Part shown: positions 26,008 through 38,839 of the stretch, piece after piece
Position numbering within the stretch: the stretch's first letter is position 1
Layout: each line of letters begins with the position of its first letter
Origin: Octopus bimaculoides
Lineage: Eukaryota
Direction: 5' to 3'
DNA: 58,562 nt
Assembly: GCF_001194135.2 (NCBI RefSeq)
Contig: NC_068987.1
Location: forward strand, 8,925,395-8,983,956
Notes under the pieces: generated by a model
Database searches by the model: none
Told to the model about the DNA's origin: nothing
The model's input: the letters and a program-made list of their open reading frames with translations, nothing else
Program-made: the position numbers and the translations under genes

Positions 26008-26380
26008 TAGACGCAGGAGTGGCTGTGTGGTAAGTAGCTTGCTTACCAACCACATAGTTCTGGGTTCAGTCCCACTGTGTGGCACCTTGGGCAAATGTCT
26101 TCTACTATAGCCTCGGGCCGACCAAAGCCTTGAGTGGGTTTGGTAGACGGAAACTGAAAGAAGCCCGTTGTATATATATGTATATATATGTGTGTGTGTG
26201 TGTTTGTCCTCCCAACATCGCTGGTGTGTTTAGGTCCCCGTAACTTAGTGGTTCGGCATAAGAGACTGATAGAATAAGTACTAGGCTTACAAATAATAAG
26301 TCTTGGGATTGATTTGCTCGACTAAAAGCGGTGCTCCAGCATGGCTGCAGTCAAAATGACTGAAACAAGTAAAAGAGTAA
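26008..26380 (+). mobile_element. Full-length SINE family A
   Basis: Head, internal microsatellite and tail as at 12078. Confidence 0.92.
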
Positions 26381-27050
26381 AATATCACTATGTTGTTAGT
26401 GTTGTTTAGTCCAGCTCAGCTAAGCTCTAATCAAACATTTATGGTATTAAATGTAAGCCACAGATTTATAAATCCCTATATACTATGCATGTGCATAATT
26501 TGGGACTACACTGCTCATACCATCAGGGAGTAAATGCCCTTGTTTAACTCCAGATCAGCCCTCAATGAACAGACCTATAATAAAAAAAAATATCCCAGCT
26601 GTGGCTGTCCTGACTCTCTTTTGCAAGCATAAGGTGTCTTGGACCATTATTCAATGCGCCAATTTTTTTTAAGATTAAAGATTTAGCTGCTATTTTTAGC
26701 AGGTTGACTGACCATATAAAAAAGCTCTTTTGTTGGCTTATAGTACAATGGTACAGAACGGAGTGACACATAGCAGTCTCAGCATGTTTGTTCTCCACTC
26801 TCCTGTCTCTTCTTGTAATGCTTATTGTTGTTTAGTGCCTATCTAACACTAACTAAAGGCATTTCGTCATGCATTTTGGGAGTAAATCTATAACTACATT
26901 ATCCATCATGTTCTATTTTTGAGATAAGGTGACTTGAGGGAAACTTGGCTCCTATTTCTAGGTCTCCCTTTACTTTCTGGTGATGATCACAGTGTAGGCA
27001 AGGTGGACTTCTTCACAGCGCAACAGCAACTGTTCTTACTGACAACATAC

Positions 27051-27221
27051 ATTCTGTTCCTCATTGATAGTGAGCCTGCATCCCAATACAGCATTTGGAG
27101 CTAATGAGGATGTCGTAGCCTTTTCTTTCATTTTCTTTTCTTTTAGTTTCTTTTTGCTTATAATTGGTCTGGTCTCAGTGGTAAGAAAACTGTTGTCCAC
27201 ACCTACATAATTTAGACACTC
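27051..27221 (-). CDS. Candidate coding exon, 57 aa: ECLNYVGVDNSFLTTETRPIISKKKLKEKKMKEKATTSSLAPNAVLGCRLTINEEQN
   Basis: Long poly-T acceptor ttttttttgtag|GAG, donor AAT|GTATGT, 171 nt, phase 0/0, no stop; Lys-rich stretch resembles a basic nuclear localisation signal. Protein not recognised. Confidence 0.5.
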
Positions 27222-27377
27222 CTACAAAAAAAAAATAACATTTTCTTACATAGCTTTTTTGTTAGTCATTCCAACAAGTTCATCTTCATCATTTACCAAT
27301 CTACTTATCTTAAGACTTATTTGGTCAGATTATTTTCTACCCAGCTTAACCCTTTGACTGTGTGTCACATGACTTAC

Positions 27378-27430
27378 ACAGAACATATTTCCCTTTACTT
27401 TTCCAGACTTATCAAATAACCAGTAAGATG
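27378..27430 (-). CDS. Candidate exon (SYWLFDKSGKVKGNMFC) upstream of 27051-27221
   Basis: Donor TGT|GTAAGTC, acceptor aatttaccttag|; ends in phase 0, matching the next exon across a 156-nt intron. Confidence 0.33.
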
Positions 27431-27769
27431 CTAAGGTAAATTCAGTACATTATAACTGCTTCCTTTCAGAGTTTTTGTGTCTAACCAAAAGATATTTCAA
27501 CATTGAGTTTAGGATGATACTAGCTGCTGGACCCAGCATTGCTCATGTTTTCCATGTTGAAGTTAAGCCCACCTCTGACCTTGTATTGAAATCTTCTACA
27601 TTCCCCGTGCCAACTGTTACCCATTGAGATGTTATATCTGGTTCGACAGGATGAGTAGATGTGTGGCAGGTGGTGGGAAAATGGTCAGAGCAGGTAACGG
27701 AATTTTGTTGACGGAGCGGAGTTCTTGCAGCCAACAACGTGTTCAGTGGTGCAGAGGACACAAATGTAA

Positions 27770-28080
27770 ATAAGCATTTCTTTAGAGACTATTCTATCGA
27801 TTTTGTTGAAATTTTACATGTGAAAAAATGCAAAAGCTGCAGGAAAAATAACATCATTATGGGAATTTCCATTCAAATGCCCAACTGAGCTCACAACAAT
27901 CGATGCCAACTGAGCATTATTGAGTTTTTGAAAAATTCCAGCCTTATTTGAACTTCAGGGCATGTGATCTACCCATGTGCCAAAAATCATTAAAATCGGT
28001 TGGGCAGTGTGGGAGGAGTTAGAGTAACCTCAAACACACACATACACACACACCATTACACATTTATGTATATAGATAGA
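27770..28080 (+). mobile_element. Helitron/Helentron-associated non-autonomous element (3' end)
   Basis: ...aaaatcggttgggcagtgtgggaggagtt...(ca)n...tatgtatatagat resembles DINE/HINE-type termini (from memory). Confidence 0.4.
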
Positions 28081-28883
28081 GCTAGTTAAAAAGTATGAGG
28101 TAGATTAGATTTGGAACATTACATTTCCAGTGATTAAATGTTGCTACATTAGAGTTGTATCTATGTGTTGTTACTAGCAGAAAATTAGTAACCAAGACAT
28201 TGCAAATAAATCAATATTGATTCTACAAGAAGTATTCACATTCAAATATTATGCAGCCCCTTAGTTGAGCAGATCTATTATCAAAGGTGTTCCACCCATG
28301 TCAATCTTGTCCTTTCATATTTCAGGAACTAAATTGCTAATCGAATGTGTCTGTCATTTGTTAAGACAGTATAGTGTGATATAAGGTTGATTTTAGCTAC
28401 TTTTTCTAGGAGGTTGTTCATCCATGTAGAAGCTCCCTTCTTGACTCAACATTGAAATATATTTATAAATGTAACATTCAGGTAGAGAAATGTTTAACCT
28501 ATTAAATCAAGTACACAAAATTTATTTTAACATATACTTTAGATCCAGTTTGACAATACTTTAGTTGTTCATTATTTTAATCATAAAAGGCTAGCTATTA
28601 GTTTATAATATTCACGTGATCTTTATCAAATAATTTATGTAAAACGACATTCTTTGGTATTTTATCATCACACAAAACCATAGATGATTATCAGTGCATT
28701 CAATTAATTTTTACAATAACGAGAATATCCTGCATTGTAGAGTTGTTTCCCATAAACTAGTCAGAAGTGGTCTGTTCTTACATTTGTAAAAAGCATGTCA
28801 GGTTTTCAAACCAACAATGCATAGAAATATTACATTTCTAAATCTCTCTGAGAAATTTATACAGTAGCAGCACAATAAAGTGG

Positions 28884-29086
28884 TGGTATGTTGCCAACTT
28901 AATGTGGCAGTCTCATGAAAGGGAAGAATGCTACTGCTATTTAGCCATAGGAAACGTCATTTCCTGTTGGCCATGACAGTTTCAGAAAATGTGTCATGGC
29001 CGACTGAAAATGGTATTTCCTAGGGCTAAATAGCAGTAGCATTCTTCCCTTTCACGGGACTGCCACATTAAGTTGGCAACATACCA
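28884..29086. mobile_element. Foldback/MITE-like palindrome, 95-bp arms, 13-nt loop
   Basis: Arms 28884-28978 and 28992-29086 complementary at about 86 of 95 positions by manual comparison. Confidence 0.85.
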
Positions 29087-29249
29087 TCTCTTCAACAATG
29101 CATAGATAACACTGATTCCATGGGCCTAGCTCAGTGGTAGCAAACTACTTTTAGCTTATGTCAAAATTTAAATTTCCTTTATAATCCTGATATTGGAGTG
29201 TTACATGTACCTCAGTTACAGGTAAATGCTTATGGAGAAGGCACGTGGC

Positions 29250-29640
29250 CTGCTGTTTAGAATGTTGTAATGATGATCGCAGTAGTATTAGCAGTAACGG
29301 TGCATCACTGCATCTACCATTTGTTGGTGGTTCCCAACTCCTGGTGGATGGCACCTTTTTCACCGTTCAGGTAACAAATCTCCAAACCCATGGGTCTATT
29401 TGGGTAGTCGTTGTTGGTGAGGGTTTTACAAGGTCAGAGTGCAAATCCTACCACAGTCACTTTTAGCCACTTTTCCGACACACAGAGGAAATGTTGAGTC
29501 TATTCTTTGGCATACTGCACTAGAGCAACGGGTGATGAAGAGTTTTGTTCAAGAACACTATATGCCACTTGGCCTGGGAATTGAACCCACAATCTGGCAA
29601 TCAGGAGTGCAACACCCTAACCACTAGGCCATGTGCCCTG
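29250..29640 (-). mobile_element. SINE family E (old)
   Basis: caccctaaccactaggccat head in reverse; gttcaagaacac core. Confidence 0.7.
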
Positions 29641-30279
29641 CAGTGGGATTGAACCTGGAACCATTGACATTAATTTTCTCCATGACCATCCATTCTCATT
29701 CTTTGCAAATATAATTATCAGATGTATCAAAGGATGACAGAAACCAAATTACTGGGGGTCAAAATTCTTCAAGTAACCCCGCAGAGAAAACCAATGTAAC
29801 TTCACACAAGTAAATTACTACGATTGCTGTTATTTAATTAAAAATAAACATCATCTTAAACTGTATATAATTTTCTTATTTTTTTAACAGGTACTAAATA
29901 TCAAGGCTAAAAATGCAAGCCTTGACCTTATAAAGGGAAAAGGTTGAATAGTAAATCAATAATGATTCAACTGATTTCAGAACAATTGTTGATTCAGTAC
30001 CAGAGTTAACATCAATCTTTATTTTTACAATAAATTATACCCAAATGTTGATTTAACATGGCAATCCAACAGTGATTCAACATCGGAATGTCAGATATGT
30101 ATGATTCTGTGATAAAATTCCATTGTATTAAATCAGTGACCATTTTTGATTCTCAAATGGTTTATTCCAATGATGGCTTTCGTTAAGGCATCCAAGTTGC
30201 AATTTCCTTTTTCTAATATATACTTTCTTTCTATCAAATAGAATGAATGTCACGTTGCATTTTCTTTCTAAAAATGTTA

Positions 30280-31055
30280 GTTTTCCTGCTTCAATTAACT
30301 TTCTTTTACTTGTTTCAGTCATTGAACTGTGGCCACACTGGGGCACAGCCTTGAATGATTTTCCCATGACTGGCTCCCATGCTGGTGGCACGTGAAAGGC
30401 ACCAGCTGAACATGGTTGATGCCAATACCACCTGACTGGCTCCCGTGCTGGTGGCATGCGAAAAGTGCCCACTATGCTCTCGGAGTGGTTGGCATTAGGA
30501 AGGGCATCCAACTGTAGAAACCTTGCCAGATCAGATAGGAGCCTGGTACAGCCTCCTGGCTTGCCAGTCCTCAGTCAAACTGTCCAATCCATGCCAGCAT
30601 GGAAAACGGATGTTAAATGATGATAATGATGATGTTGAAGTCAGCACAAGTATTTATTTTTAAGTATGGCGATTATCAATTTGTTGTATCAGGCTCTTTT
30701 GCTGAACCACTAAGTTATGGGGACATAAACAAACCAACAGCAGTTGTCAAGCAATTGCTGGGGACAAACACAAAAACATACACACATATAAACCAGCTTA
30801 GTGTAGTGAATATGGTAGATGGAAACTGTGCGGAAGCCCATAATATGTATGTATGAGTGTTTGCATCCTACCATGAATTGACAACTGGTGTTGGTTTGTT
30901 TACATCCTCATAACTTGGCAGTTCAGCAAAAAAAGATTGATAGAATAAGTATCCGACTCAAACAGAAGTACTGGGGTCAATTTGTTCAATTAAAACCCTT
31001 TGAGGTGATGCCCCAGCATGGCCACAATCCAATGATTGAAACAAGTAAAAGAAAC
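30280..31055. mobile_element. Cluster: family A tail (-), RTE tail (+, 30355-30625), family A body (-, 30660-30790), family A (+, 30800-31055)
   Basis: Family motifs visible in both orientations. Confidence 0.75.
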
Positions 31056-31904
31056 TAATTATACATGCCACTCGTGTTAGCATAAGAAAATGGAAATTTA
31101 AGCAATGAAGAATAAAGAGAGGCTCTGATTTATTTTCTTTCATATTTTTGTCATCGTCCTTTTAATAATTTAGTATTCTAGTGGCTCAGACAAGTTTATT
31201 CATATGAACAGTTACAAAACAATGAAAGAAAGGAGACAATTTTCTTGTGTAATTTTGAACCAAAGGTAACAAACATGATCAAGTTACGGCCAGTTTGAAA
31301 ACTTGCCATTGTCTTTTCAATCAATTTCGATGTTTAGGGATTAAGACATAGCACCTTTAACTAAACCAATGTCATTTATAATAAGAAGAACAATAACAGA
31401 TCTACATAATAAAAACCTGAGTAGCAGCATGTGTTTGCAGAATTTATGGCAAATTGATTGTTGTCTTGCTTGGACTATATTGAAAAGTCAATTTAAACTG
31501 GGAATAATGTCACATAATAACGTCTCGACAAGGCCATACATTGCCCTGTGAAATGGCAACATATGCTTTTTGTAATAATTGGGTCATCTTGGTATGTATA
31601 GTCATTGTTTTACAAAAGGGGAAAAACAAAAACAAATGGCTTATTTCATTTGAATCACTTTATGGAATATTTTGTATTTTACAGTGGCAGCCAAAAGAAA
31701 CAAGCGATAAGTAAACTGGGCTAATTTGTTTTTGGCTAGATATCAGTGACTAAATAGAAGGCTTTTTCTCGAGAAAAGTAAAATCAAGAGAGGTTGAAAT
31801 AATAATGGAATAAATATCAGCCAAAATTTCACAGAAAAGAAGAATAGTTGATGGATTTGATTTTTGTGCTTGGCTGGTCTTCATTTTATCAACTGCCATT
31901 GTGA

Positions 31905-32135
31905 AGTAAGCATAGATCTTCATCATCACCATGATTCTCATCCACTTTTCCATACTTGCATGTGTCTCACAGAATTTGTTGAGGCAGATTTTCTATGGTC
32001 AGATGCCCTTCCTGTTGCCAACCATCACACATTTCCAACTAAGGTAATATTCCCCTGTGATCAGACATTTTTATGGACAATTGGGAATGAAGAACAGTAC
32101 TTGTATGAAAGTAACACACACACACACACACACAC

Positions 32136-32191
<56 letters not shown>

Positions 32192-32570
32192 GAGGGGTTA
32201 GGGTTAGGTTGCTTAAAAGTTTCTGGCTTTAAGGGTACTGCAAAAGGCCCAACCTTCCAAGTTCTTTTTCAGGGCTTAGAAAAACTGAAGGACTACCGCA
32301 ATAAGTGTGTGAATCTGAGAGGGGAATATGTTGAATAAAATCATAATTAACTGATCCTCTTGTATCTTCTTTTACCCAAAGCCAGAAACTTTTCAGCACT
32401 TCCTCATATACATATATACACACATATACAATGAGCTTCTTTCAATTTCCATCTACTAAATCCTCGGTCTTGGGCTATAGTAGAATACAGTTGTCCAAAG
32501 TGCCACATAATGGAACTGAATCCAAAACCACATGGCTATAAAGTGAACTTCTTAACCACTTGGCCACAAA
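31905..32570 (-). mobile_element. Composite family A SINE interrupted by a mariner MITE in its microsatellite
   Basis: RTE-like tail at 31920-32050; head at 32440-32570. Confidence 0.7.
32189..32408 (+). mobile_element. Mariner-derived MITE (internal deletion derivative)
   Basis: TA-flanked TIRs tacgagggg...aaaagtttctggcttt / aaagccagaaacttttcagcacttcctcata; retains the transposase C-terminus LFQGLEKLKDYRNKCVNLRGEYVE*. Confidence 0.85.
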
Positions 32571-33699
32571 AAAATCAAAATCAAAAACTTGAAATAACAA
32601 ATGGAATAACTATATCCAAAAACCCACAGAGAATCCTTGCACTTGGTTGGTCCTCATTTTATCAACTGCAGCTGTAAAGTAATCATAGAAAGAGAAATCT
32701 GGAAGGTGGTAATGAAACTAAACAGTATTTTTATCCAGAACCCTACTGTTATACTCACTTCAATGACCTTAAATGGAATAAAAAAAACATAAGAAAAATA
32801 ATATTCATTATTATTTCTATAATATTTATAATAATAACAACAGCCAAGGAACAGCTTCACTGGTTTATGGGCTATATAAAATCATCATTGTCATCATCAT
32901 TGTCATAAATTATACCTAACTTGGAGGCCATTTACAATGGGAGTTTGTGTATTTTGGAGTGGAAAACTTAATTCATTGCCAGTTTAACACCACTATATGG
33001 TCCTTATGTGCTTTTAGCAATGTATACTTAATTGCCAGTATTTTAATCAGGACACCCCACCACTCTAGTCTAACAGAGGTGTTGAAAAGGATCATGGGAG
33101 CTTTCATTTTTCTCCAAAGTCATTTAAATAAAAAAAATAATTACATTCATATCTCAGTGATTATCAATCAAATACTATTTCAGTTAGACATTTTCTGTAG
33201 AAAGCAATTTCTGAAGGCTAATTAACAATTTCAACTTACATCATCATCATCACTGTTTTGATGTCCACTTTTCTGCATCTGATAGTTTCAACAGATTTTA
33301 TCAAATCCTCAGGCAACCCCTCCATCAAGTCACATCAGAAGCAACAGTCATTTGGCTTTCAAGCCTAACCAACTGAGACCATATTGGTTTTGGTTTATCC
33401 ATAGGGCTCAGTTGGAAAAATCCATCTCATAATTCTGTCTTACAGCATTTTAATCATATATCTATAGTACTGGAGCTGTCACTTCTCAATGCAGAGAAAT
33501 AGTGGCTTGGCCTAGAGAGACTCCTTCACCTCTGCCCCCTGTCAAGTAACATTACTCCAGAGATCCTTTGGAGGAATCCAATTTTGGCTGCTGTGTTCAT
33601 AGTTGTACTCTTTTGGTCATTAGCAAACATTCATGAACCATAGATAAGGATAGGCACAAAAAGTAAAACAAAGATAGCAAGTGAAGACCCATCCTACAC

Positions 33700-33965
33700 A
33701 GCAGAAATGTTAAGGCTGCTACTCCTGGATTGGCCTACAAGAGTCCTGTGCCGGTGCCTCATAAAAAGCACTTGTGCCAGTGCCATGTAAGAGTGCTCAT
33801 ACTGGTGCCACATTAAAAGCACCTAGCAGACAATGTAAAGTGGTTGGTGTGAGGAAGGGCATCCAGTCATGACTGGAACCTAGTGCAGTTCTCCAGCTTG
33901 CTAGCTCCAGTCAAACCATCCAACCCATGCCAGCATGGAAAACGGATGTTTAAAGGGTGACAATG
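33700..33965 (+). mobile_element. RTE LINE 3' tail fragment
   Basis: gaggaagggcatccag...ccatgccagcatggaaaacggatgtt. Confidence 0.75.
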
Positions 33966-34689
33966 TAATAAGTAAAATTCACGACTTTATTAGTTGTCTT
34001 GAATATATAATTTACTCCAACAGCACCCAACTGGTGACATTTGAACTACGAACACACTAAAATGAATTATGAACATACTACTCAAATATTAAAACTTTGT
34101 ATTTGTATGAAATGCCTTTTGTTGTTCTTATCGAAAATTAAACCTGTCAATGTTAGTAAAACCAGGATTGTTTGAACATCTTCCTGTCTTAACAACAGAG
34201 TGACAGGCATTTAATTACGCTTATATTAGTTAAAACTTTAACCACACATATTTCTTCTTGATTTATTTACACAACTGCTTCTGTTGGTTAATAGAATTAG
34301 ATAGGAATCAATGACGGAATCAATGAAACCTGAAACCAAGCGTTAACTGGAAGATATAAAGCAGTCGTTATCATACTCTATGTGAGAAGATTAAATACAC
34401 TGAATTTATCTAAAGTAAAACAGACTGGCCAAGTGAATGTCATTGCTTCTTTTAAATATTGTAGTTTCATGTGGAAATTAAGCACACTTATTTCTCTCTT
34501 TTATGGTTTAGACAGGAATAGGCTGCTCTCGTGAGCTTTACAAACCCTCTAAGACTGACAAGAAGTATGTAGTTGGTGTTCATTTGTAGGTGAATGATTA
34601 CAGAAAAAAAAAAGCTAGGAAGTGAATTAGAGAAGTGGAAAGTTTTAGGTAGCAAGGATTAAATAAAAGTTGTTAGTGAATGAGAGAGG

Positions 34690-35420
34690 ACAGTACAGTA
34701 TAGGTGATAAGACAAGAGACAAATAAGCTGGAGGGAGATGGTATGCAAATTTGCTATCTCCGAGGAGCAGAGATTGTTGTAGTAACAGTAGCAAAGACAG
34801 ACAAGAGAGATGGCAAATCTATAGAAATAGGGGTTGAAGCGTGTTGGTGAATGACGCATTGCTGATCTCTCAGACAGTTTTCTTTTATATATAGTCTAAA
34901 ACGATTGTGTAGTAGCAACACACTGTTCTCAGTATTACAGCAGTATTCCTTTGTAGCTATTTGTTGAGTTTGTACAGAGTCAGTGATTATTTGAAGCTGA
35001 CATATTTTCTGGTCTTGAAGAGGAAGGCTAATCTCTGAGATGCAGACTTCGTGGTGTCAAGGATGTGAGGTTTCCCAGAGAGATCAATGATTGTGAAGCC
35101 TAGCAACTGTATTGACTTTGAGCTGTCCGGAAGCTTCCAATCCCAAAGATAAATGAAGGGTATAAGCAAGCAGCTTAAATTGAAGATTCTCATACCAGAT
35201 AGTCAAGTGAGCATTCTACAATTATCTGGTTTCTGACATTTTTTTTATTTTTTATGAATAATTCTTAAGTGTGTAAGACCAATGATGAGTGAGACAGGAA
35301 AGCTGGTATTCAGTAGATCTGGCTTTACAAAATCCATAGTGATGGTCACTGAGGAGAGAGAGGAACCGTTCATCAACATCTTTATGCAATAGAAAATTCA
35401 ATAATGTGGCAGGTACTCAA
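34690..35420 (-). mobile_element. CR1/L2-clade LINE fragment (post-RT region)
   Basis: Minus translation SIQLLGFTIIDLSGKPHILDTTKSASQRLAFLFKTRKY resembles CR1-type LLGLTI..LSW..HI....ASQRL.FLFR.RKY. Confidence 0.72.
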
Positions 35421-35630
35421 CAGATTACATGTAGTGGAGATTTTTTTTATATAAATATATATATATATTAATTTATTAATATATAAAGTTATAATTATAA
35501 ATATAAATTAATAATTATAAATTTAATACATTTATAAATTAACATAAATTGTTACCTACAAGGTTTTTTATTTCATGCTGGCCACTTGATAAAATCATTA
35601 AAGTGGTTTTATTCTTCATTCTGTATAATA

Positions 35631-35669
<39 letters not shown>

Positions 35670-36849
35670 ACATATTTATTTATTTTGTTGATGTCAAGAG
35701 AATTTTATAAACTTTTAGGAGAATGTGAAATAATTCTTTTTTGGAATAGTGGCTCTTGAAGCACACATAAAGCTAAAACTAACAGCTTATAGATATTGGG
35801 TTTACAGAAGATGTGGGTTCATGTCCCACTGACAGCTTTCAAATTTTTCTATCCAAAAGGGCTTCTCAACTCAATATTTAATAGCTTTTTGTGCCTCAAG
35901 ACCCACTATTCTGAAAAAGAATTCTCTCTCATCCTCTCACTCTCACACTCTCCCTCTCTGTCCACACACACACAGAGGCGGCTTTTCAGTTTCTGTCAAC
36001 CAAATCCACTCACAAAACTTTGGTTGGCCTGGGCTATAACAGAAGACCAAAGTGTCATGCAGTGGGATTGAATCCAAAACCATATCATTAGGAAACAAAT
36101 TTCTTAACCACACAGCCATGCCTGTACCTATTTCTGAGTGATAATCTAAAAGAACACCCTAAAAAAAAAAAACCCAACACAAATTGCTTTATATTACATT
36201 TGTTAGGAGTATAAAAAAAATATGATTCATAACTTATTACTAAGTGGCATTATTTTGTCATATTTATTCCTGAAATGGATAATAATAGATGATGATGATG
36301 AATACCAATGAGTAAAGCTTATTCTTTGAATGTTTTAACATGCTGTAATCTCATGCATGAAATGAAATGAAATCATATTAAGTATATACGTTCTATCAGT
36401 TTTGAAATAACCATGAGACACCGAATATAGAAACGCTATAAAAATATGTATCAGACATCTCTTTTGTAAACAAATAAATAAGGAAAATAAAGTTATTCCT
36501 GCAAACTATATGTTTATATCTAATTTGCAAAGCTAACTATAAAGTATTTTTTATGGAAACAAAACAATGTGGTGAGTGTGTGTGCATATGTATATGTGTT
36601 TGTGTATGTGTGTTTGTGTGTGTATGAGTGTCTTTATGAATATGCATGTTTGTGTGTGTGTGTGTATGTGTATGTTTATGTGTGTGTTTACACACTATAA
36701 AAAATTTAATACATTTACAGATCTGTTTTATTATTCATAGATTTAAATTATATATTTAACCCATTAATATAGAATTTTCCAAAAGCAAGAAATTCAGAAA
36801 ATAATACAATACAAATTATTTATTAGTTCTAATTAATTATAGCAACAAA

Positions 36850-37610
36850 AATTAAACTGTATGCATTAATAGATTATCATCATCATCGTTTAACGTCCAC
36901 CTTTTCATGCTTGCATGGGTCGTAAAATGCTGTTCCTGTAACCAACCCTCCCCTGTTTCCAAGCAAGGTAATATTTCCCATGGCTTAACGTGTCTTTCAC
37001 GAAAGACTGGAAGCAAATATCTTTTGTAAGGTGGTATAGCAGATTTATAGCTATTGCCTGATGTCAAAACAAGGAGACTCTAACAGATCATCATCATCAT
37101 CATCATTGTTTAACGTCCGCTTTCCATGCTAGCATGNNNNNNNNNNNNNNNNNNNNNNNNNNNNNNNNNNNNNNNNNNNNNNNNNNNNNNNNNNNNNNNN
37201 NNNNNNNNNNNNNNNNNNNNNNNNNNNNNNNNNNNNNNNNNNNNNNNNNNNNNNNNNNNNNNNNNNNNNNNNNNNNNNNNNNNNNNGAAGTGGGTGCTTT
37301 TACGTGCCACTGGCACAAAGGCCAGTCGGGAGGTACTGGCAACGGCCACGCTCAAAATGGTGTTTTTTATGTGCCACCTGCACAGAAGCCAGTCCAGCGG
37401 CACTGGCAACGACCTCGCTCGAATGATTTTCTAACATGCCACCGGCACAAGTGCCAGTAAGGCAACGCTGGTAACGATCACGCTCAAATGGTGCTATTTA
37501 CGTGCCACTAATACAGAAGCCAGACAACTGCTCTGGCAATGATCACGCTCGTATGGTGCTGCTAGTGCTCCACTGGCACAGGTGCCAGTCATCGAATATG
37601 GCTCAATTAC
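36850..37610 (-). mobile_element. Composite SINE tail plus RTE 3'UTR fragment spanning an N gap
   Basis: (cat)n-ttaacgtcc tails at 36870 and 37090; gccaccggcac modules. Confidence 0.8.
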
Positions 37611-38337
37611 AAACAAGTTCAGATTTAACAATGCTTTAAAATAATATAAAAAACACCATACTCAGCACCATCTTAAGGTATAGGCATACTGGGTAGTCAC
37701 CCCGGGGCCTCATGGGTCTAGAGGCACAATTTTGAACCGTATAAGTTGTGGCTTGCTGTCAATATATAAACAGTATAGGACCCAATGCATTTATTTGCTT
37801 GGGTACCAGTAATACTGTCAGTCCTGCCCTGACTGTAATGTCTGCCCTTTTCAAATTTTTATAGGCTGAAAGGGTCTTCTTAACTTCCATCTTTTTACTG
37901 TATCTTAGAGGGTTTCCATTTACTAAAACCCAAGGGAGTTAGCATATGATGCTAAAGTATAAGCAAGCTATTACACAGAGAAAATATTTTTCCCAAAGCT
38001 AAGAAATACATTAAAATTCTTCAACATCGACACACCACAAAATAAACCGAGTCCAATGTTAATTTAAAATTTAATTACTTTCATGAATAACTTTAGGAGG
38101 CTAAAATAATGTAAGCCATAATTTCCTGTGTATGAATGACAGATTATGCAAGTGAGAAGAGTGTAACAAAATGAGAGAGTGTGAATGAAAAAATTAAAAA
38201 AAAAAAAAAAATTATGCTAAGTCAACTTTGAAATGAATTCATGTTAAGAATGAATGTGAGTGTATGTAAGCTAATGTATGAGGATTAGAAAGAAATGATA
38301 CAAGAGAAATTGTGACAGGAAATTAATAACGGTTAGT

Positions 38338-38640
38338 TAGGCACAGACATGGCTGTGTGGTAAGAAGTTTGTTTCCCAACCACATGGTTCTGGGTTCAGT
38401 CCCACTGCGTGGTGCCTTGGTTAAATGTCTTGTGAGTAAACTTGGTAGACAGAAACTGAAAGAAGCCCGTCACATATATATATATATATATCTATGTGTC
38501 TGTGTCTGTGTAACCCACCATCACTTGACAACCAGTGTTGGTGCGTTTATGTCTTCGAAACTTAGCAGTTTGACAAAAAAGACCAATAGAATAAGTATCA
38601 GGCTTAAAAAAAAAAAGTATTTGATGAAGCACTGGGATGT
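38338..38640 (+). mobile_element. SINE family A (internally deleted)
   Basis: Family head and body. Confidence 0.8.
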
Positions 38641-38652
38641 TAATTTTCTTAC

Positions 38653-38839
38653 AGAAAGGTGACATTTCACTCTACCAAAAATCCAAGAAGTTACATTTGG
38701 CAAACCACATGCATAGATCTATGTGTTGCTACTTTTTCTGGGTGGCTCTACATTGGCCATTTTCAGATCAGCCAGAAGCAAATCAATTCCAGAAATGTTT
38801 CCCCAATGCAGCATAGCATGCTAGCTTGCTAGTCTGAGA
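38653..38839 (-). other. Candidate non-coding (5'UTR or lncRNA) exon
   Basis: Strong acceptor ttgcttatttttcctttcag| and donor TCT|GTAAGA; all three frames closed; contains short uORF MANVEPPRKSSNT*. Confidence 0.35.

Noticed and set aside
29890-34565. Plus-strand exon chain (about 29890 VLNIKAKNASLDLIKGK; about 34511 TGIGCSRELYKPSKTDK)
   Set aside because: Good-looking acceptors are common by chance in AT-rich DNA; the pieces do not join in phase without stops and no homology was recognised.
37662-37833. hAT/Tip100-type MITE
   Set aside because: Ends only loosely complementary and no TSD found; too degenerate to call.
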